Translations under genes and position numbers: made by a program
In this document: piece by piece, positions 24,701 through 39,700 of the stretch
Position numbering within the stretch: the stretch's first letter is position 1
Layout of the letters: each line of letters begins with the position of its first letter
DNA from: Eledone cirrhosa
Lineage: Eukaryota
Length of the DNA stretch: 64,000 bases
Assembly (NCBI GenBank): GCA_964016885.1
Contig: OZ024740.1
Span: 107,508,001-107,572,000, forward strand
Direction of reading: 5' to 3'
The notes under the pieces: model-generated
Database searches by the model: none
The model's input: the letters and a program-made list of their open reading frames with translations, nothing else
Told to the model about the DNA's origin: nothing

Positions 24701-27700
24701 GAGGAAAGATGACAGTGGCTGGGTGAGAGGAGTAGAGCTAGTAATGAATGTTGTGAAGAGAAATGGAATAAGAAGGTTGGATCATGTATTGAGGAAAGAT
24801 GACAGTGGCTGGGTGAGAGAAGTAGAGCCAGTAATGAATGTTGTGAAGAGAAATGGAATAATAAGGTTGGATCATGTATTGAGGAAAGATGACAGTGGCT
24901 GGGTGAGAGGAGGAGAGCCAGTAATGAATGTTGTGTAGAGAAATGGAATAAGATGGTTGGGCCATGTATTGAGGAAAGATGACAGTGGCTGGGTGAGAGG
25001 AGTAGAGCCAGTAATGAATGTTGTGAAGAGAAATGGAATAATAAGGTTGGGCCATGTATTGAGGAAAGATGACAGTGGCTGGGTGAGAGGAGTAGAGCCA
25101 GTAATGAATGTTGTGAAGAGAAATGGAATAAGATGGTTGGGCCATGTATTGAGGAAATATGACAGTGGCTGGGTGAGAGGAGTAGAGCCAGTAATGAATG
25201 TTGTGAAGAGAAATGGAATAAGATGGTTGGGCCATGTATTGAGGAAAGATGACAGTGGCTGGGTGAGAGGAGTAGAGCCAGTAATGAATGTTGTGAAGAG
25301 AAATGGAATAAGATGGTTGGGCCATGTATTGAGGAAAGATGACAGTGGCTGGGTGAGAGGAGTAGAGCTAGTAATGAATGTTGTGAAGAGAAATGGAATA
25401 AGATGGTTGGGTCATGTGTTTAGGAAAGATGACAGTGGCTGGGTGAGAGGAGTAATGAATGTTGTGAAGAGAAATGGAATAAGAAGGTTGGATCATGTAT
25501 TGAGGAAAGATGACAGTGGCTGGGTGAGAGGAGTAGAGCTAGTAATGAATGTTGTGAAGAGAAATGGAATAAGATGGTTGGGCCATGTATTGAGGAAAGA
25601 TGACAGTGGCTGGGTGAGAGGAGTAGAGCCAGTAATGAATGTTGTGAAGAGAAATGGAATAAGATGGTTGGTCCATGTATTGAGGAAAGATGACAGTGGC
25701 TGGGTGAGAGGAGTAGAGCCAGTAATGAATGTTGTGAAGAGAAATGGAATAAGATGGTTGGGCCATGTATTGAGGAAAAATGACAGTGGCTGGGTGAGAG
25801 GAGTAGAGCCAGTAATGAATGTTGTGAAGAGAAATGGAATAAGATGGTTGGGCCATGTATTGAGGAAAGATGACAGTGGCTGGGTGAGAGGAGTAGAGCT
25901 AGTAATGAATGTTGTGAAGAGAAATGGAATAAGATGGTTGGGTCATGTGTTTAGGAAAGATGACAGTGGCTGGGTGAGAGGAGTAATGAATGTTGTGAAG
26001 AGAAATGGAATAAGAAGGTTGGATCATGTATTGAGGAAAGATGACAGTGGCTGGGTGAGAGGAGTAGAGCTAGTAATGAATGTTGTGAAGAGAAATGGAA
26101 TAAGATGGTTGGGCCATGTATTGAGGAAAGATGACAGTGGCTGGGTGAGAGGAGTAGAGCCAGTAATGAATGTTGTGAAGAGAAATGGAATAAGATGGTT
26201 GGGCCATGTATTGAGGAAAGATGACAGTGGCTGGGTGAGAGGAGTAGAGCCAGTAATGAATGTTGTGAAGAGAAATGGAATAAGATGGTTGGGCCATGTA
26301 TTGAGGAAAAATGACAGTGGCTGGGTGAGAGGAGTAATGAATGTTGTGAAGAGAAATGGAATAAGATGGTTGGGCCATGTATTGAGGAAAAATGACAGTG
26401 GCTGGGTGAGAGGAGTAATGAATGTTGTGAAGAGAAATGGAATAAGATGGTTGGGCCATGTATTGAGGAAAAATGACAGTGGCTGGGTGAGAGGAGTAAT
26501 GAATGTTGTGAAGAGAAATGGAATAAGATGGTTGGGCCATGTATTGAGGAAAGATGACAGTGGCTGGGTGAGTGGAGTAGAGCCAGTAATGAATGTTGTG
26601 AAGAGAAATGGAATAAGATGGTTGGGCCATGTATTGAGGAAAGATCACAGTGGCTGGGTGAGAGGAGTAGAGCCAGTAATGAATGTTGTGAAGAGAAATG
26701 GAATAAGATGGTTGGGCCATGTATTGAGGAAAAATGACAGTGGCTGGGTGAGAGGAGTAATGAATGTTGTGAAGAGAAATGGAATAAGATGGTTGGGCCA
26801 TGTATTGAGGAAAGATGACAGTGGCTGGGTGAGTGGAGTAGAGCCAGTAATGAATGTTGTGAAGAGAAATGGAATAAGATGGTTGGGCCATGTATTGAGG
26901 AAAGATGACAGTGGCTGGGTGAGAGGAGTAGAGCCAGTAATGAATGTTGTGAAGAGAAATGGAATAAGATGGTTGGATCATGTATTGAGGAAAGATGACA
27001 GTGGCTGGGTGAGAGGGGTAGAGCCAGTAATGAATGTTGTGAAGAGAAATGGAATAAGATGGTTGGGCCATGTATTGAGGAAAGATGACAGTGGCTGGGT
27101 GAGAGGAGTAGAGCCAGTAATGAATGTTGTGAAGAGAAATGGAATAAGATGGTTGGATCATGTATTGAGGAAAGATGACAGTGGCTGGGTGAGAGGAGTA
27201 GAGCCAGTAATGAATGTTGTGAAGAGAAATGGAATAAGATGGTTGGATCATGTATTGAGGAAAGATGACAGTGGCTGGGTGAGAGGAGTAGAGCCAGTAA
27301 TGAATGTTGTGAAGAGAAATGGAATAAGATGGTTGGGCCATATATTGAGGAAAGATGACAGTGGCTGGGTGAGAGGAGTAGAGCCAGTAATGAATGTTGT
27401 GAAGAGAAATGGAATAAGAAGGTTGGATCATGTATTGAGGAAAGATGACAGTGGCTGGGTGAGAGGAGTAGAGCCAGTAATGAATGTTGTGAAGAGAAAT
27501 GGAATAAGATGGCTGGGCCATGTATTGAGGAAAGGTGACAGTGGCTGGGTGAGAGGAGTAGAGCTAGTAATGAATGTTGTGAAGAGAAATGGAATAAGAA
27601 GGTGGGATCATGTATTGAGGAAAGATGACAGTGGCTGGGTGAGAGGAGTAGAGCCAGTAATGAATGTTGTGAAGAGAAATGGAATAAGAAGGTTGGATCA

Positions 27701-30700
27701 TGTATTGAGGAAAGATGACAGTGGCTGGGTGAGAGGAGTAGAGCCAGTAATGAATGTTGTGAAGAGAAATGGAATAAGATGGCTGGGCCATGTATTGAGG
27801 AAAGGTGACAGTGGCTGGGTGAGAGGAGTAGAGCTAGTAATGAATGTTGTGAAGAGAAATGGAATAAGAAGGTGGGATCATGTATTGAGGAAAGATGACA
27901 GTGGCTGGGTGAGAGGAGTAGAGCCAGTAATGAATGTTGTGAAGAGAAATGGAATAAGAAGGTTGGATCATGTATTGAGGAAAGATGACAGTGGCTGGGT
28001 GAGAGGAGTAGAGCCAGTAATGAATGTTGTGAAGAGAAATGGAATAAGAAGGTTGGATCATGTATTGAGGAAAGATGACAGTGGCTGGGTGAGAGGGGTA
28101 GAGCCAGTAATGAATGTTGTGAAGAGAAATGGAATAAGAAGGTTGGATCATGTATTGAGGAAAGATGACAGTGGCTGGGTGAGAGGGGTAGAGCCAGTAA
28201 TGAATGTTGTGAAGAGAAATGGAATAAGATGGTTGGATCATGTATTGAGGAAAGATGACAGTGGCTGGGTGAGAGGGGTAGAGCCAGTAATGAATGTTGT
28301 GAAGAGAAATGGAATAAGAAGGTTGGATCATGTATTGAGGAAAGATGACAGTGGCTGGGTGAGAGGAGTAGAGCCAGTAATGAATGTTGTGAAGAGAAAT
28401 GGAATAAGATGGTTGGGCCATGTATTGAGGAAAGATGACAGTGGCTGGGTGAGAGGAGTAGAGCCAGTAATGAATGTTGTGAAGAGAAATGGAATAAGAT
28501 GGTTGGGCCATGTATTGAGGAAAAATGACAGTGGCTGGGTGAGAGGAGTAATGAATGTTGTGAAGAGAAATGGAATAAGATGGTTGGGCCATGTATTGAG
28601 GAAAGATGACAGTGGCTGGGTGAGAGGAGTAGAGCCAGTAATGAATGTTGTGAAGAGAAATGGAATAAGATGGTTGGGCCATATATTGAGGAAAGATGAC
28701 AGTGGCTGGGTGAGAGGAGTAGAGCTAGTAATGAATGTTGTGAAGAGAAATGGAATAAGATGGTTGGGCCATGTATTGAGGAAAGATGACAGTGGCTGGG
28801 TGAGAGGAGTAGAGCCAGTAATGAATGTTGTGAAGAGAAATGGAATAAGATGGTTGGGCCATATATTGAGGAAAGATGACAGTGGCTGGGTGAGAGGAGT
28901 AGAGCTAGTAATGAATGTTGTGAAGAGAAATGGAATAAGATGGTTGGGCCATGTATTGAGGAAAGATGACAGTGGCTGGGTGAGAGGAGTAGAGCCAGTA
29001 ATGAATGTTGTGAAGAGAAATGGAATAAGATGGTTGGATCATGTATTGAGGAAAGATGACAGTGGCTGGGTGAGAGGAGTAGAGCCAGTAATGAATGTTG
29101 TGAAGAGAAATGGAATAAGATGGTTGGATCATGTATTGAGGAAAGATGACAGTGGCTGGGTGAGAGGAGTAGAGCCAGTAATGAATGTTGTGAAGAGAAA
29201 TGGAATAAGATGGTTGGGCCATATATTGAGGAAAGATGACAGTGGCTGGGTGAGAGGAGTAGAGCCAGTAATGAATGTTGTGAAGAGAAATGGAATAAGA
29301 AGGTTGGATCATGTATTGAGGAAAGATGACAGTGGCTGGGTGAGAGGAGTAGAGCCAGTAATGAATGTTGTGAAGAGAAATGGAATAAGATGGTTGGATC
29401 ATGTATTGAGGAAAGATGACAGTGGCTGGGTGAGAGGAGTAGAGCCAGTAATGAATGTTGTGAAGAGAAATGGAATAAGATGGCTGGGCCATATATTGAG
29501 GAAAGATGACAGTGGCTGGGTGAGAGGAGTAGAGCCAGTAATGAATGTTGTGAAGAGAAATGGAATAAGAAGGTTGGATCATGTATTGAGGAAAGATGAC
29601 AGTGGCTGGGTGAGAGGAGTAGAGCCAGTAATGAATGTTGTGAAGAGAAATGGAATAAGATGGTTGGATCATGTATTGAGGAAAGATGACAGTGGCTGGG
29701 TGAGAGGAGTAGAGCCAGTAATGAATGTTGTGAAGAGAAATGGAATAAGATGGTTGGGCCATATATTGAGGAAAGATGACAGTGGCTGGGTGAGAGGAGT
29801 AGAGCCAGTAATGAATGTTGTGAAGAGAAATGGAATAAGAAGGTTGGATCATGTATTGAGGAAAGATGACAGTGGCTGGGTGAGAGGAGTAGAGCCAGTA
29901 ATGAATGTTGTGAAGAGAAATGGAATAAGAAGGTTGGATCATGTATTGAGGAAAGATGACAGTGGCTGGGTGAGAGGAGTAGAGCCAGTAATGAATGTTG
30001 TGAAGAGAAATGGAATAAGATGGCTGGGCCATGTATTGAGGAAAGGTGACAGTGGCTGGGTGAGAGGAGTAGAGCTAGTAATGAATGTTGTGAAGAGAAA
30101 TGGAATAAGAAGGTGGGATCATGTATTGAGGAAAGATGACAGTGGCTGGGTGAGAGGAGTAGAGCCAGTAATGAATGTTGTGAAGAGAAATGGAATAAGA
30201 AGGTTGGATCATGTATTGAGGAAAGATGACAGTGGCTGGGTGAGAGGAGTAGAGCCAGTAATGAATGTTGTGAAGAGAAATGGAATAAGATGGCTGGGCC
30301 ATGTATTGAGGAAAGGTGACAGTGGCTGGGTGAGAGGAGTAGAGCTAGTAATGAATGTTGTGAAGAGAAATGGAATAAGATGGTTGGGCCATGTATTGAG
30401 GAAAAATGACAGTGGCTGGGTGAGAGGAGTAATGAATGTTGTGAAGAGAAATGGAATAAGATGGTTGGGCCATGTATTGAGGAAAGATGACAGTGGCTGG
30501 GTGAGAGCAGTAGAGCCAGTAATGAATGTTGTGAAGAGAAATGGAATAAGAAGGTGGGATCATGTATTGAGGAAAGATGACAGTGGCTGGGTGAGAGGAG
30601 TAGAGCCTGTAATGAATGTTGTGAAGAGAAATGGAATAAGATGGTTGGGCCATGTATTGAGGAAAGATGACAGTGGCTGGGTGAGAGGAGTAGAGCCAGT

Positions 30701-33700
30701 AATGAATGTTGTGAAGAGAAATGGAATAAGATGGTTGGGCCATGTATTGAGGAAAAATGACAGTGGCTGGGTGAGAGGAGTAATGAATGTTGTGAAGAGA
30801 AATGGAATAAGATGGTTGGGCCATGTATTGAGGAAAGATGACAGTGGCTGGGTGAGTGGAGTAGAGCCAGTAATGAATGTTGTGAAGAGAAATGGAATAA
30901 GATGGTTGGGCCATGTATTGAGGAAAGATCACAGTGGCTGGGTGAGAGGAGTAGAGCCAGTAATGAATGTTGTGAAGAGAAATGGAATAAGATGGTTGGG
31001 CCATGTATTGAGGAAAGATGACAGTGGCTGGGTGAGAGGAGTAATGAATGTTGTGAAGAGAAATGGAATAAGATGGTTGGGCCATGTATTGAGGAAAGAT
31101 GACAGTGGCTGGGTGAGAGGAGTAGAGACAGTAATGAATGTTGTGAAGAGAAATGGAATAAGATGGTTGGATCATGTATTGAGGAAAGATGACAGTGGCT
31201 GGGTGAGAGGAGTAGAGTCAGTAATGAATGTTGTGAAGAGAAATGGAATATGATGGTTGGGCCATATATTGAGGAAAGATGACAGTGGCTGGGTGAGAGG
31301 GGTAGAGCCAGTAATGAATGTTGTGAAGAGAAATGGAATAAGATGGTTGGGCCATGTATTGAGGAAAGATGACAGTGGCTGGGTGAGAGGAGTAGAGCCA
31401 GTAATGAATGTTGTGAAGAGAAATGGAATAAGATGGTTGGATCATGTATTGAGGAAAGATGACAGTGGCTGGGTGAGAGCAGTAGAGCCAGTAATGAATG
31501 TTGTGAAGAGAAATGGAATAAGATGGTTGGGCCATATATTGAGGAAAGATGACAGTGGCTGGGTGAGAGGAGTAGAGCCAGTAATGAATGTTGTGAAGAG
31601 AAATGGAATAAGAAGGTTGGATCATGTATTGAGGAAAGATGACAGTGGCTGGGTGAGATGAGTAGAGCCAGTAATGAATGTTGTGAAGAGAAATGGAATA
31701 AGATGGCTGGGCCATGTATTGAGGAAAGGTGACAGTGGCTGGGTGAGAGGAGTAGAGCTAGTAATGAATGTTGTGAAGAGAAATGGAATAAGAAGGTGGG
31801 ATCATGTATTGAGGAAAGATGACAGTGGCTGGGTGAGAGGAGTAGAGCCAGTAATGAATGTTGTGAAGAGAAATGGAATAAGAAGGTTGGATCATGTATT
31901 GAGGAAAGATGACAGTGGCTGGGTGAGAGGAGTAGAGCCAGTAATGAATGTTGTGAAGAGAAATGGAATAAGATGGTTGGGCCATGTATTGAGGAAAGAT
32001 GACAGTGGCTGGGTGAGAGGAGTAGAGCCAGTAATGAATGTTGTGAAGAGAAATGGAATAAGATGGTTGGGTCATGTGTTTAGGAAAGATGACAGTGGCT
32101 GGGTGAGAGGAGTAGAGCCAGTAATGAATGTTGTGAAGAGAAATGGAATAAGATGGTTGGGCCATGTATTGAGGAAAGATGACAGTGGCTGGGTGAGAGC
32201 AGTAGAGCCAGTAATGAATGTTGTGAAGAGAAATGGAATAAGATGGTTGGGCCATGTATTGAGGAAAGATGACAGTGGCTGGGTGAGAGGAGTAGAGCCA
32301 GTAATGAATGTTGTGAAGAGAAATGGAATAAGAAGGTTGGATCATGTATTGAGGAAAGATGACAGTGGCTGGGTGAGAGGAGTAGAGCCAGTAATGAATG
32401 TTGTGAAGAGAAATGGAATAAGATGGCTGGGCCATGTATTGAGGAAAGGTGACAGTGGCTGGGTGAGAGGAGTAGAGCTAGTAATGAATGTTGTGAAGAG
32501 AAATGGAATAAGAAGGTGGGATCATGTATTGAGGAAAGATGACAGTGGCTGGGTGAGAGGAGTAGAGCCAGTAATGAATGTTGTGAAGAGAAATGGAATA
32601 AGAAGGTTGGATCATGTATTGAGGAAAGATGACAGTGGCTGGGTGAGAGGAGTAGAGCCAGTAATGAATGTTGTGAAGAGAAATGGAATAAGATGTTTGG
32701 GCCATGTATTGAGGAAAGATGACAGTGGCTGGGTGAGAGGAGTAGAGCCAGTAATGAATGTTGTGAAGAGAAATGGAATAAGATGGTTGGGTCATGTGTT
32801 TAGGAAAGATGACAGTGGCTGGGTGAGAGGAGTAGAGCCAGTAATGAATGTTGTGAAGAGAAATGGAATAAGATGGTTGGGCCATGTATTGAGGAAAGAT
32901 GACAGTGGCTGGGTGAGAGCAGTAGAGCCAGTAATGAATGTTGTGAAGAGAAATGGAATAAGATGGTTGGGCCATGTATTGAGGAAAGATGACAGTGGCT
33001 GGGTGAGAGGAGTAGGGCCAGTAATGAATGTAGTGAAGAGAAATGGAATAAGATGGTTGGGCCATGTATTGAGGAAAGATGACAGTGGCTGGGTGAGAGG
33101 AGTAGAGCCAGTAATGAATGTTGTGAAGAGAAATGGAATAAGATGGTTTGGCTATGTATTGAGGAAAGATGACAGTGGCTGGGTGAGAGGAGTAGAGCCA
33201 GTAATGAATGTTGTGAAGAGAAATGGAATAAGATGGTTGGGCCATGTATTGAGGGAAGATGACAGTGGCTGGGTGAGAGGAGTAGAGCCAGTAATGAATG
33301 TTGTGAAGAGAAATGGAATAAGATGGTTGGATCATGTATTGAGGAAAGATGACAGTGGCTGGGTGAGAGGAGTAGAGCCAGTAATGAATGTTGTGAAGAG
33401 AAATGGAATAAGATGGTTGGGCCATGTATTGAGGAAAGATGACAGTGGCTGGGTGAGAGGAGTAGAGCCAGTAATGATTGTTGTGAAGAGAAATGGAATA
33501 AGATGGTTGGGCCATGTATTGAGGAAAGATGATAGTGGCTGGGTGAGAGGAGTAGAGCCAGTAATGAATGTTGTGAAGGGAAATGGAATAAGATGTTTGG
33601 GCCATGTATTGAGGAAAGATGACAGTGGCTGGGTGAGAGGAGTAGAGCTAGTAATGAATGTTGTGAAGAGAAATGGAATAAGAAGGTTGCATCATGTATT

Positions 33701-36700
33701 GAGGAAAGATGACAGTGGCTGGGTGAGAGAAGTAGAGCCAGTAATGAATGTTGTGAAGAGAAATGGAATAATAAGGTTGGATCATGTATTGAGGAAAGAT
33801 GACAGTGGCTGGGTGAGAGGAGGAGAGCCAGTAATGAATGTTGTGAAGAGAAATGGAATAAGATGGTTGGGCCATGTATTGAGGAAATATGACAGTGGCT
33901 GGGTGAGAGGAGTAGAGCCAGTAATGAATGTTGTGAAGAGAAATGGAATAAGATGGTTGGGCCATGTATTGAGGAAAGATGACAGTGGCTGGGTGAGAGG
34001 AGTAGAGCTAGTAATGAATGTTGTGAAGAGAAATGGAATAAGATGGTTGGGCCATGTATTGAGGAAAGATGACAGTGGCTGGGTGAGAGGAGTAGAGCCA
34101 GTAATGAATGTTGTGAAGAGAAATGGAATAAGATGGTTGGGCCATGTATTGAGGAAAAATGACAGTGGCTGGGTGAGAGGAGTAATGAATGTTGTGAAGA
34201 GAAATGGAATAAGATGGTTGGGCCATGTATTGAGGAAAGATGACAGTGGCTGGGTGAGAGGAGTAGAGCCAGTAATGAATGTTGTGAAGAGAAATGGAAT
34301 AAGATGGTTGGGCCATGTATTGAGGAAAAATGACAGTGGCTGGGTGAGAGGAGTAATGAATGTTGTGAAGAGAAATGGAATAAGATGGTTGGGCCATGTA
34401 TTGAGGAAAGATGACAGTGGCTGGGTGAGAGGAGTAGAGCCAGTAATGAATGTTGTGAAGAGAAATGGAATAAGATGGTTGGGCCATGTATTGAGGAAAA
34501 ATGACAGTGGCTGGGTGAGAGGAGTAATGAATGTTGTGAAGAGAAATGGAATAAGATGGTTGGGCCATGTATTGAGGAAAGATGACAGTGGCTGGGTGAG
34601 AGGAGTAGAGCCAGTAATGAATGTTGTGAAGAGAAATGGAATAAGATGGTTGGATCATGTATTGAGGAAAGATGACAGTGGCTGGGTGAGAGGAGTAGAG
34701 CCAGTAATGAATGTTGTGAAGAGAAATGGAATAAGATGGTTGGGCCATATATTGAGGAAAGATGACAGTGGCTGGGTGAGAGGAGTAGAGCCAGTAATGA
34801 ATGTTGTGAAGAGAAATGGAATAAGAAGGTTGGATCATGTATTGAGGAAAGATGACAGTGGCTGGGTGAGAGGAGTAGAGCCAGTAATGAATGTTGTGAA
34901 GAGAAATGGAATAAGATGGCTGGGCCATGTATTGAGGAAAGGTGACAGTGGCTGGGTGAGAGGAGTAGAGCTAGTAATGAATGTTGTGAAGAGAAATGGA
35001 ATAAGAAGGTGGGATCATGTATTGAGGAAAGATGACAGTGGCTGGGTGAGAGGAGTAGAGCCAGTAATGAATGTTGTGAAGAGAAATGGAATAAGAAGGT
35101 TGGATCATGTATTGAGGAAAGATGACAGTGGCTGGGTGAGAGGAGTAGAGCCAGTAATGAATGTTGTGAAGAGTAATGGAATAAGAAGGTGGGATCATGT
35201 ATTGAGGAAAGATGACAGTGGCTGGGTGAGAGGAGTAGAGCCAGTAATGAATGTTGTGAAGAGAAATGGAATAAGAAGGTTGGATCATGTATTGAGGAAA
35301 GATGACAGTGGCTGGGTGAGAGGAGTAGAGCCAGTAATGAATGTTGTGAAGAGTAATGGAATAAGAAGGTGGGATCATGTATTGAGGAAAGATGACAGTG
35401 GCTGGGTGAGAGGAGTAGAGCCAGTAATGAATGTTGTGAAGAGAAATGGAATAAGAAGGTTGGATCATGTATTGAGGAAAGATGACAGTGGCTGGGTGAG
35501 AGGAGTAGAGCCAGTAATGAATGTTGTGAAGAGAAATGGAATAAGATGGCTGGGCCATGTATTGAGGAAAGGTGACAGTGGCTGGGTGAGAGGAGTAGAG
35601 CTAGTAATGAATGTTGTGAAGAGAAATGGAATAAGAAGGTGGGATCATGTATTGAGGAAAGATGACAGTGGCTGGGTGAGAGGAGTAGAGCCAGTAATGA
35701 ATGTTGTGAAGAGAAATGGAATAAGAAGGTTGGATCATGTATTGAGGAAAGATGACAGTGGCTGGGTGAGAGGAGTAGAGCCAGTAATGAATGTTGTGAA
35801 GAGAAATGGAATAAGATGGCTGGGCCATGTATTGAGGAAAGGTGACAGTGGCTGGGTGAGAGGAGTAGAGCTAGTAATGAATGTTGTGAAGAGAAATGGA
35901 ATAAGATGGTTGGGCCATGTATTGAGGAAAAATGACAGTGGCTGGGTGAGAGGAGTAATGAATGTTGTGAAGAGAAATGGAATAAGATGGTTGGGCCATG
36001 TATTGAGGAAAGATGACAGTGGCTGGGTGAGAGGAGTAGAGCCTGTAATGAATGTTGTGAAGAGAAATGGAATAAGATGGTTGGGCCATGTATTGAGGAA
36101 AGATGACAGTGGCTGGGTGAGAGGAGTAGAGCCAGTAATGAATGTTGTGAAGAGAAATGGAATAAGATGGTTGGGCCATGTATTGAGGAAAAATGACAGT
36201 GGCTGGGTGAGAGGAGTAATGAATGTTGTGAAGAGAAATGGAATAAGATGGTTGGGCCATGTATTGAGGAAAGATGACAGTGGCTGGGTGAGTGGAGTAG
36301 AGCCAGTAATGAATGTTGTGAAGAGAAATGGAATAAGATGGTTGGGCCATGTATTGAGGAAAGATCACAGTGGCTGGGTGAGAGGAGTAGAGCCAGTAAT
36401 GAATGTTGTGAAGAGAAATGGAATAAGATGGTTGGGCCATGTATTGAGGAAAGATGACAGTGGCTGGGTGAGAGGAGTAATGAATGTTGTGAAGAGAAAT
36501 GGAATAAGATGGTTGGGCCATGTATTGAGGAAAGATGACAGTGGCTGGGTGAGAGGAGTAGAGACAGTAATGAATGTTGTGAAGAGAAATGGAATAAGAT
36601 GGTTGGATCATGTATTGAGGAAAGATGACAGTGGCTGGGTGAGAGGAGTAGAGTCAGTAATGAATGTTGTGAAGAGAAATGGAATATGATGGTTGGGCCA

Positions 36701-39700
36701 TATATTGAGGAAAGATGACAGTGGCTGGGTGAGAGGGGTAGAGCCAGTAATGAATGTTGTGAAGATAAATGGAATAAGATGGTTGGGCCATGTATTGAGG
36801 AAAGATGACAGTGGCTGGGTGAGAGGAGTAGAGCCAGTAATGAATGTTGTGAAGAGAAATGGAATAAGATGGTTGGATCATGTATTGAGGAAAGATGACA
36901 GTGGCTGGGTGAGAGGAGTAGAGCCAGTAATGAATGTTGTGAAGAGAAATGGAATAAGATGGTTGGGCCATATATTGAGGAAAGATGACAGTGGCTGGGT
37001 GAGAGGAGTAGAGCCAGTAATGAATGTTGTGAAGAGAAATGGAATAAGAAGGTTGGATCATGTATTGAGGAAAGATGACAGTGGCTGGGTGAGATGAGTA
37101 GAGCCAGTAATGAATGTTGTGAAGAGAAATGGAATAAGATGGTTGGGCCATGTATTGAGGAAAGGTGACAGTGGCTGGGTGAGAGGAGTAGAGCTAGTAA
37201 TGAATGTTGTGAAGAGAAATGGAATAAGAAGGTGGGATCATGTATTGAGGAAAGATGACAGTGGCTGGGTGAGAGGAGTAGAGCCAGTAATGAATGTTGT
37301 GAAGAGAAATGGAATAAGAAGGTTGGATCATGTATTGAGGAAAGATGACAGTGGCTGGGTGAGATGAGTAGAGCCAGTAATGAATGTTGTGAAGAGAAAT
37401 GGAATAAGATGGTTGGGCCATGTATTGAGGAAAGGTGACAGTGGCTGGGTGAGAGGAGTAGAGCTAGTAATGAATGTTGTGAAGAGAAATGGAATAAGAA
37501 GGTGGGATCATGTATTGAGGAAAGATGACAGTGGCTGGGTGAGAGGAGTAGAGCCAGTAATGAATGTTGTGAAGAGAAATGGAATAAGAAGGTTGGATCA
37601 TGTATTGAGGAAAGATGACAGTGGCTGGGTGAGAGGAGTAGAGCCAGTAATGAATGTTGTGAAGAGAAATGGAATAAGATGGTTGGGCCATGTATTGAGG
37701 AAAGATGACAGTGGCTGGGTGAGAGGAGTAGAGCCAGTAATGAATGTTGTGAAGAGAAATGGAATAAGATGGTTGGGTCATGTGTTTAGGAAAGATGACA
37801 GTGGCTGGGTGAGAGGAGTAGAGCCAGTAATGAATGTTGTGAAGAGAAATGGAATAAGATGGTTGGGCCATGTATTGAGGAAAGATGACAGTGGCTGGGT
37901 GAGAGCAGTAGAGCCAGTAATGAATGTTGTGAAGAGAAATGGAATAAGATGGTTGGGCCATGTATTGAGGAAAGATGACAGTGGCTGGGTGAGAGGAGTA
38001 GAGCCAGTAATGAATGTTGTGAAGAGAAATGGAATAAGAAGGTTGGATCATGTATTGAGGAAAGATGACAGTGGCTGGGTGAGAGGAGTAGAGCCAGTAA
38101 TGAATGTTGTGAAGAGAAATGGAATAAGATGGCTGGGCCATGTATTGAGGAAAGGTGACAGTGGCTGGGTGAGAGGAGTAGAGCTAGTAATGAATGTTGT
38201 GAAGAGAAATGGAATAAGAAGGTGGGATCATGTATTGAGGAAAGATGACAGTGGCTGGGTGAGAGGAGTAGAGCCAGTAATGAATGTTGTGAAGAGAAAT
38301 GGAATAAGAAGGTTGGATCATGTATTGAGGAAAGATGACAGTGGCTGGGTGAGAGGAGTAGAGCCAGTAATGAATGTTGTGAAGAGAAATGGAATAAGAT
38401 GGTTGGGCCATGTATTGAGGAAAGATGACAGTGGCTGGGTGAGAGGAGTAGAGCCAGTAATGAATGTTGTGAAGAGAAATGGAATAAGATGGTTGGGTCA
38501 TGTGTTTAGGAAAGATGACAGTGGCTGGGTGAGAGGAGTAGAGCCAGTAATGAATGTTGTGAAGAGAAATGGAATAAGATGGTTGGGCCATGTATTGAGG
38601 AAAGATGACAGTGGCTGGGTGAGAGCAGTAGAGCCAGTAATGAATGTTGTGAAGAGAAATGGAATAAGATGGTTGGGCCATGTATTGAGGAAAGATGACA
38701 GTGGCTGGGTGAGAGGAGTAGAGCCAGTAATGAATGTTGTGAAGAGAAATGGAATAAGATGGTTGGGCCATGTATTGAGGAAAGATGACAGTGGCTGGGT
38801 GAGAGCAGTAGAGCCAGTAATGAATGTTGTGAAGAGAAATGGAATAAGATGGTTGGGCCATGTATTGAGGAAAGATGACAGTGGCTGGGTGAGAGGAGTA
38901 GGGCCAGTAATGAATGTAGTGAAGAGAAATGGAATAAGATGGTTGGGCCATGTATTGAGGAAAGATGACAGTGGCTGGGTGAGAGGAGTAGAGCCAGTAA
39001 TGAATGTTGTGAAGAGAAATGGAATAAGATGGTTTGGCTATGTATTGAGGAAAGATGACAGTGGCTGGGTGAGAGGAGTAGAGCCAGTAATGAATGTTGT
39101 GAAGAGAAATGGAATAAGATGGTTGGGCCATGTATTGAGGAAAGATGACAGTGGCTGGGTGAGAGGAGTAGAGCCAGTAATGAATGTTGTGAAGAGAAAT
39201 GGAATAAGATGGTTGGATCATGTATTGAGGAAAGATGACAGTGGCTGGGTGAGAGGAGTAGAGCCAGTAATGAATGTTGTGAAGAGAAATGGAATAAGAT
39301 GGTTGGGCCATGTATTGAGGAAAGATGACAGTGGCTGGGTGAGAGGAGTAGAGCCAGTAATGATTGTTGTGAAGAGAAATGGAATAAGATGGTTGGGCCA
39401 TGTATTGAGGAAAGATGATAGTGGCTGGGTGAGAGGAGTAGAGCCAGTAATGAATGTTGTGAAGGGAAATGGAATAAGATGTTTGGGCCATGTATTGAGG
39501 AAAGATGACAGTGGCTGGGTGAGAGGAGTAGAGCTAGTAATGAATGTTGTGAAGAGAAATGGAATAAGAAGGTTGGATCATGTATTGAGGAAAGATGACA
39601 GTGGCTGGGTGAGAGAAGTAGAGCCAGTAATGAATGTTGTGAAGAGAAATGGAATAATAAGGTTGGATCATGTATTGAGGAAAAATGACAGTGGCTGGGT

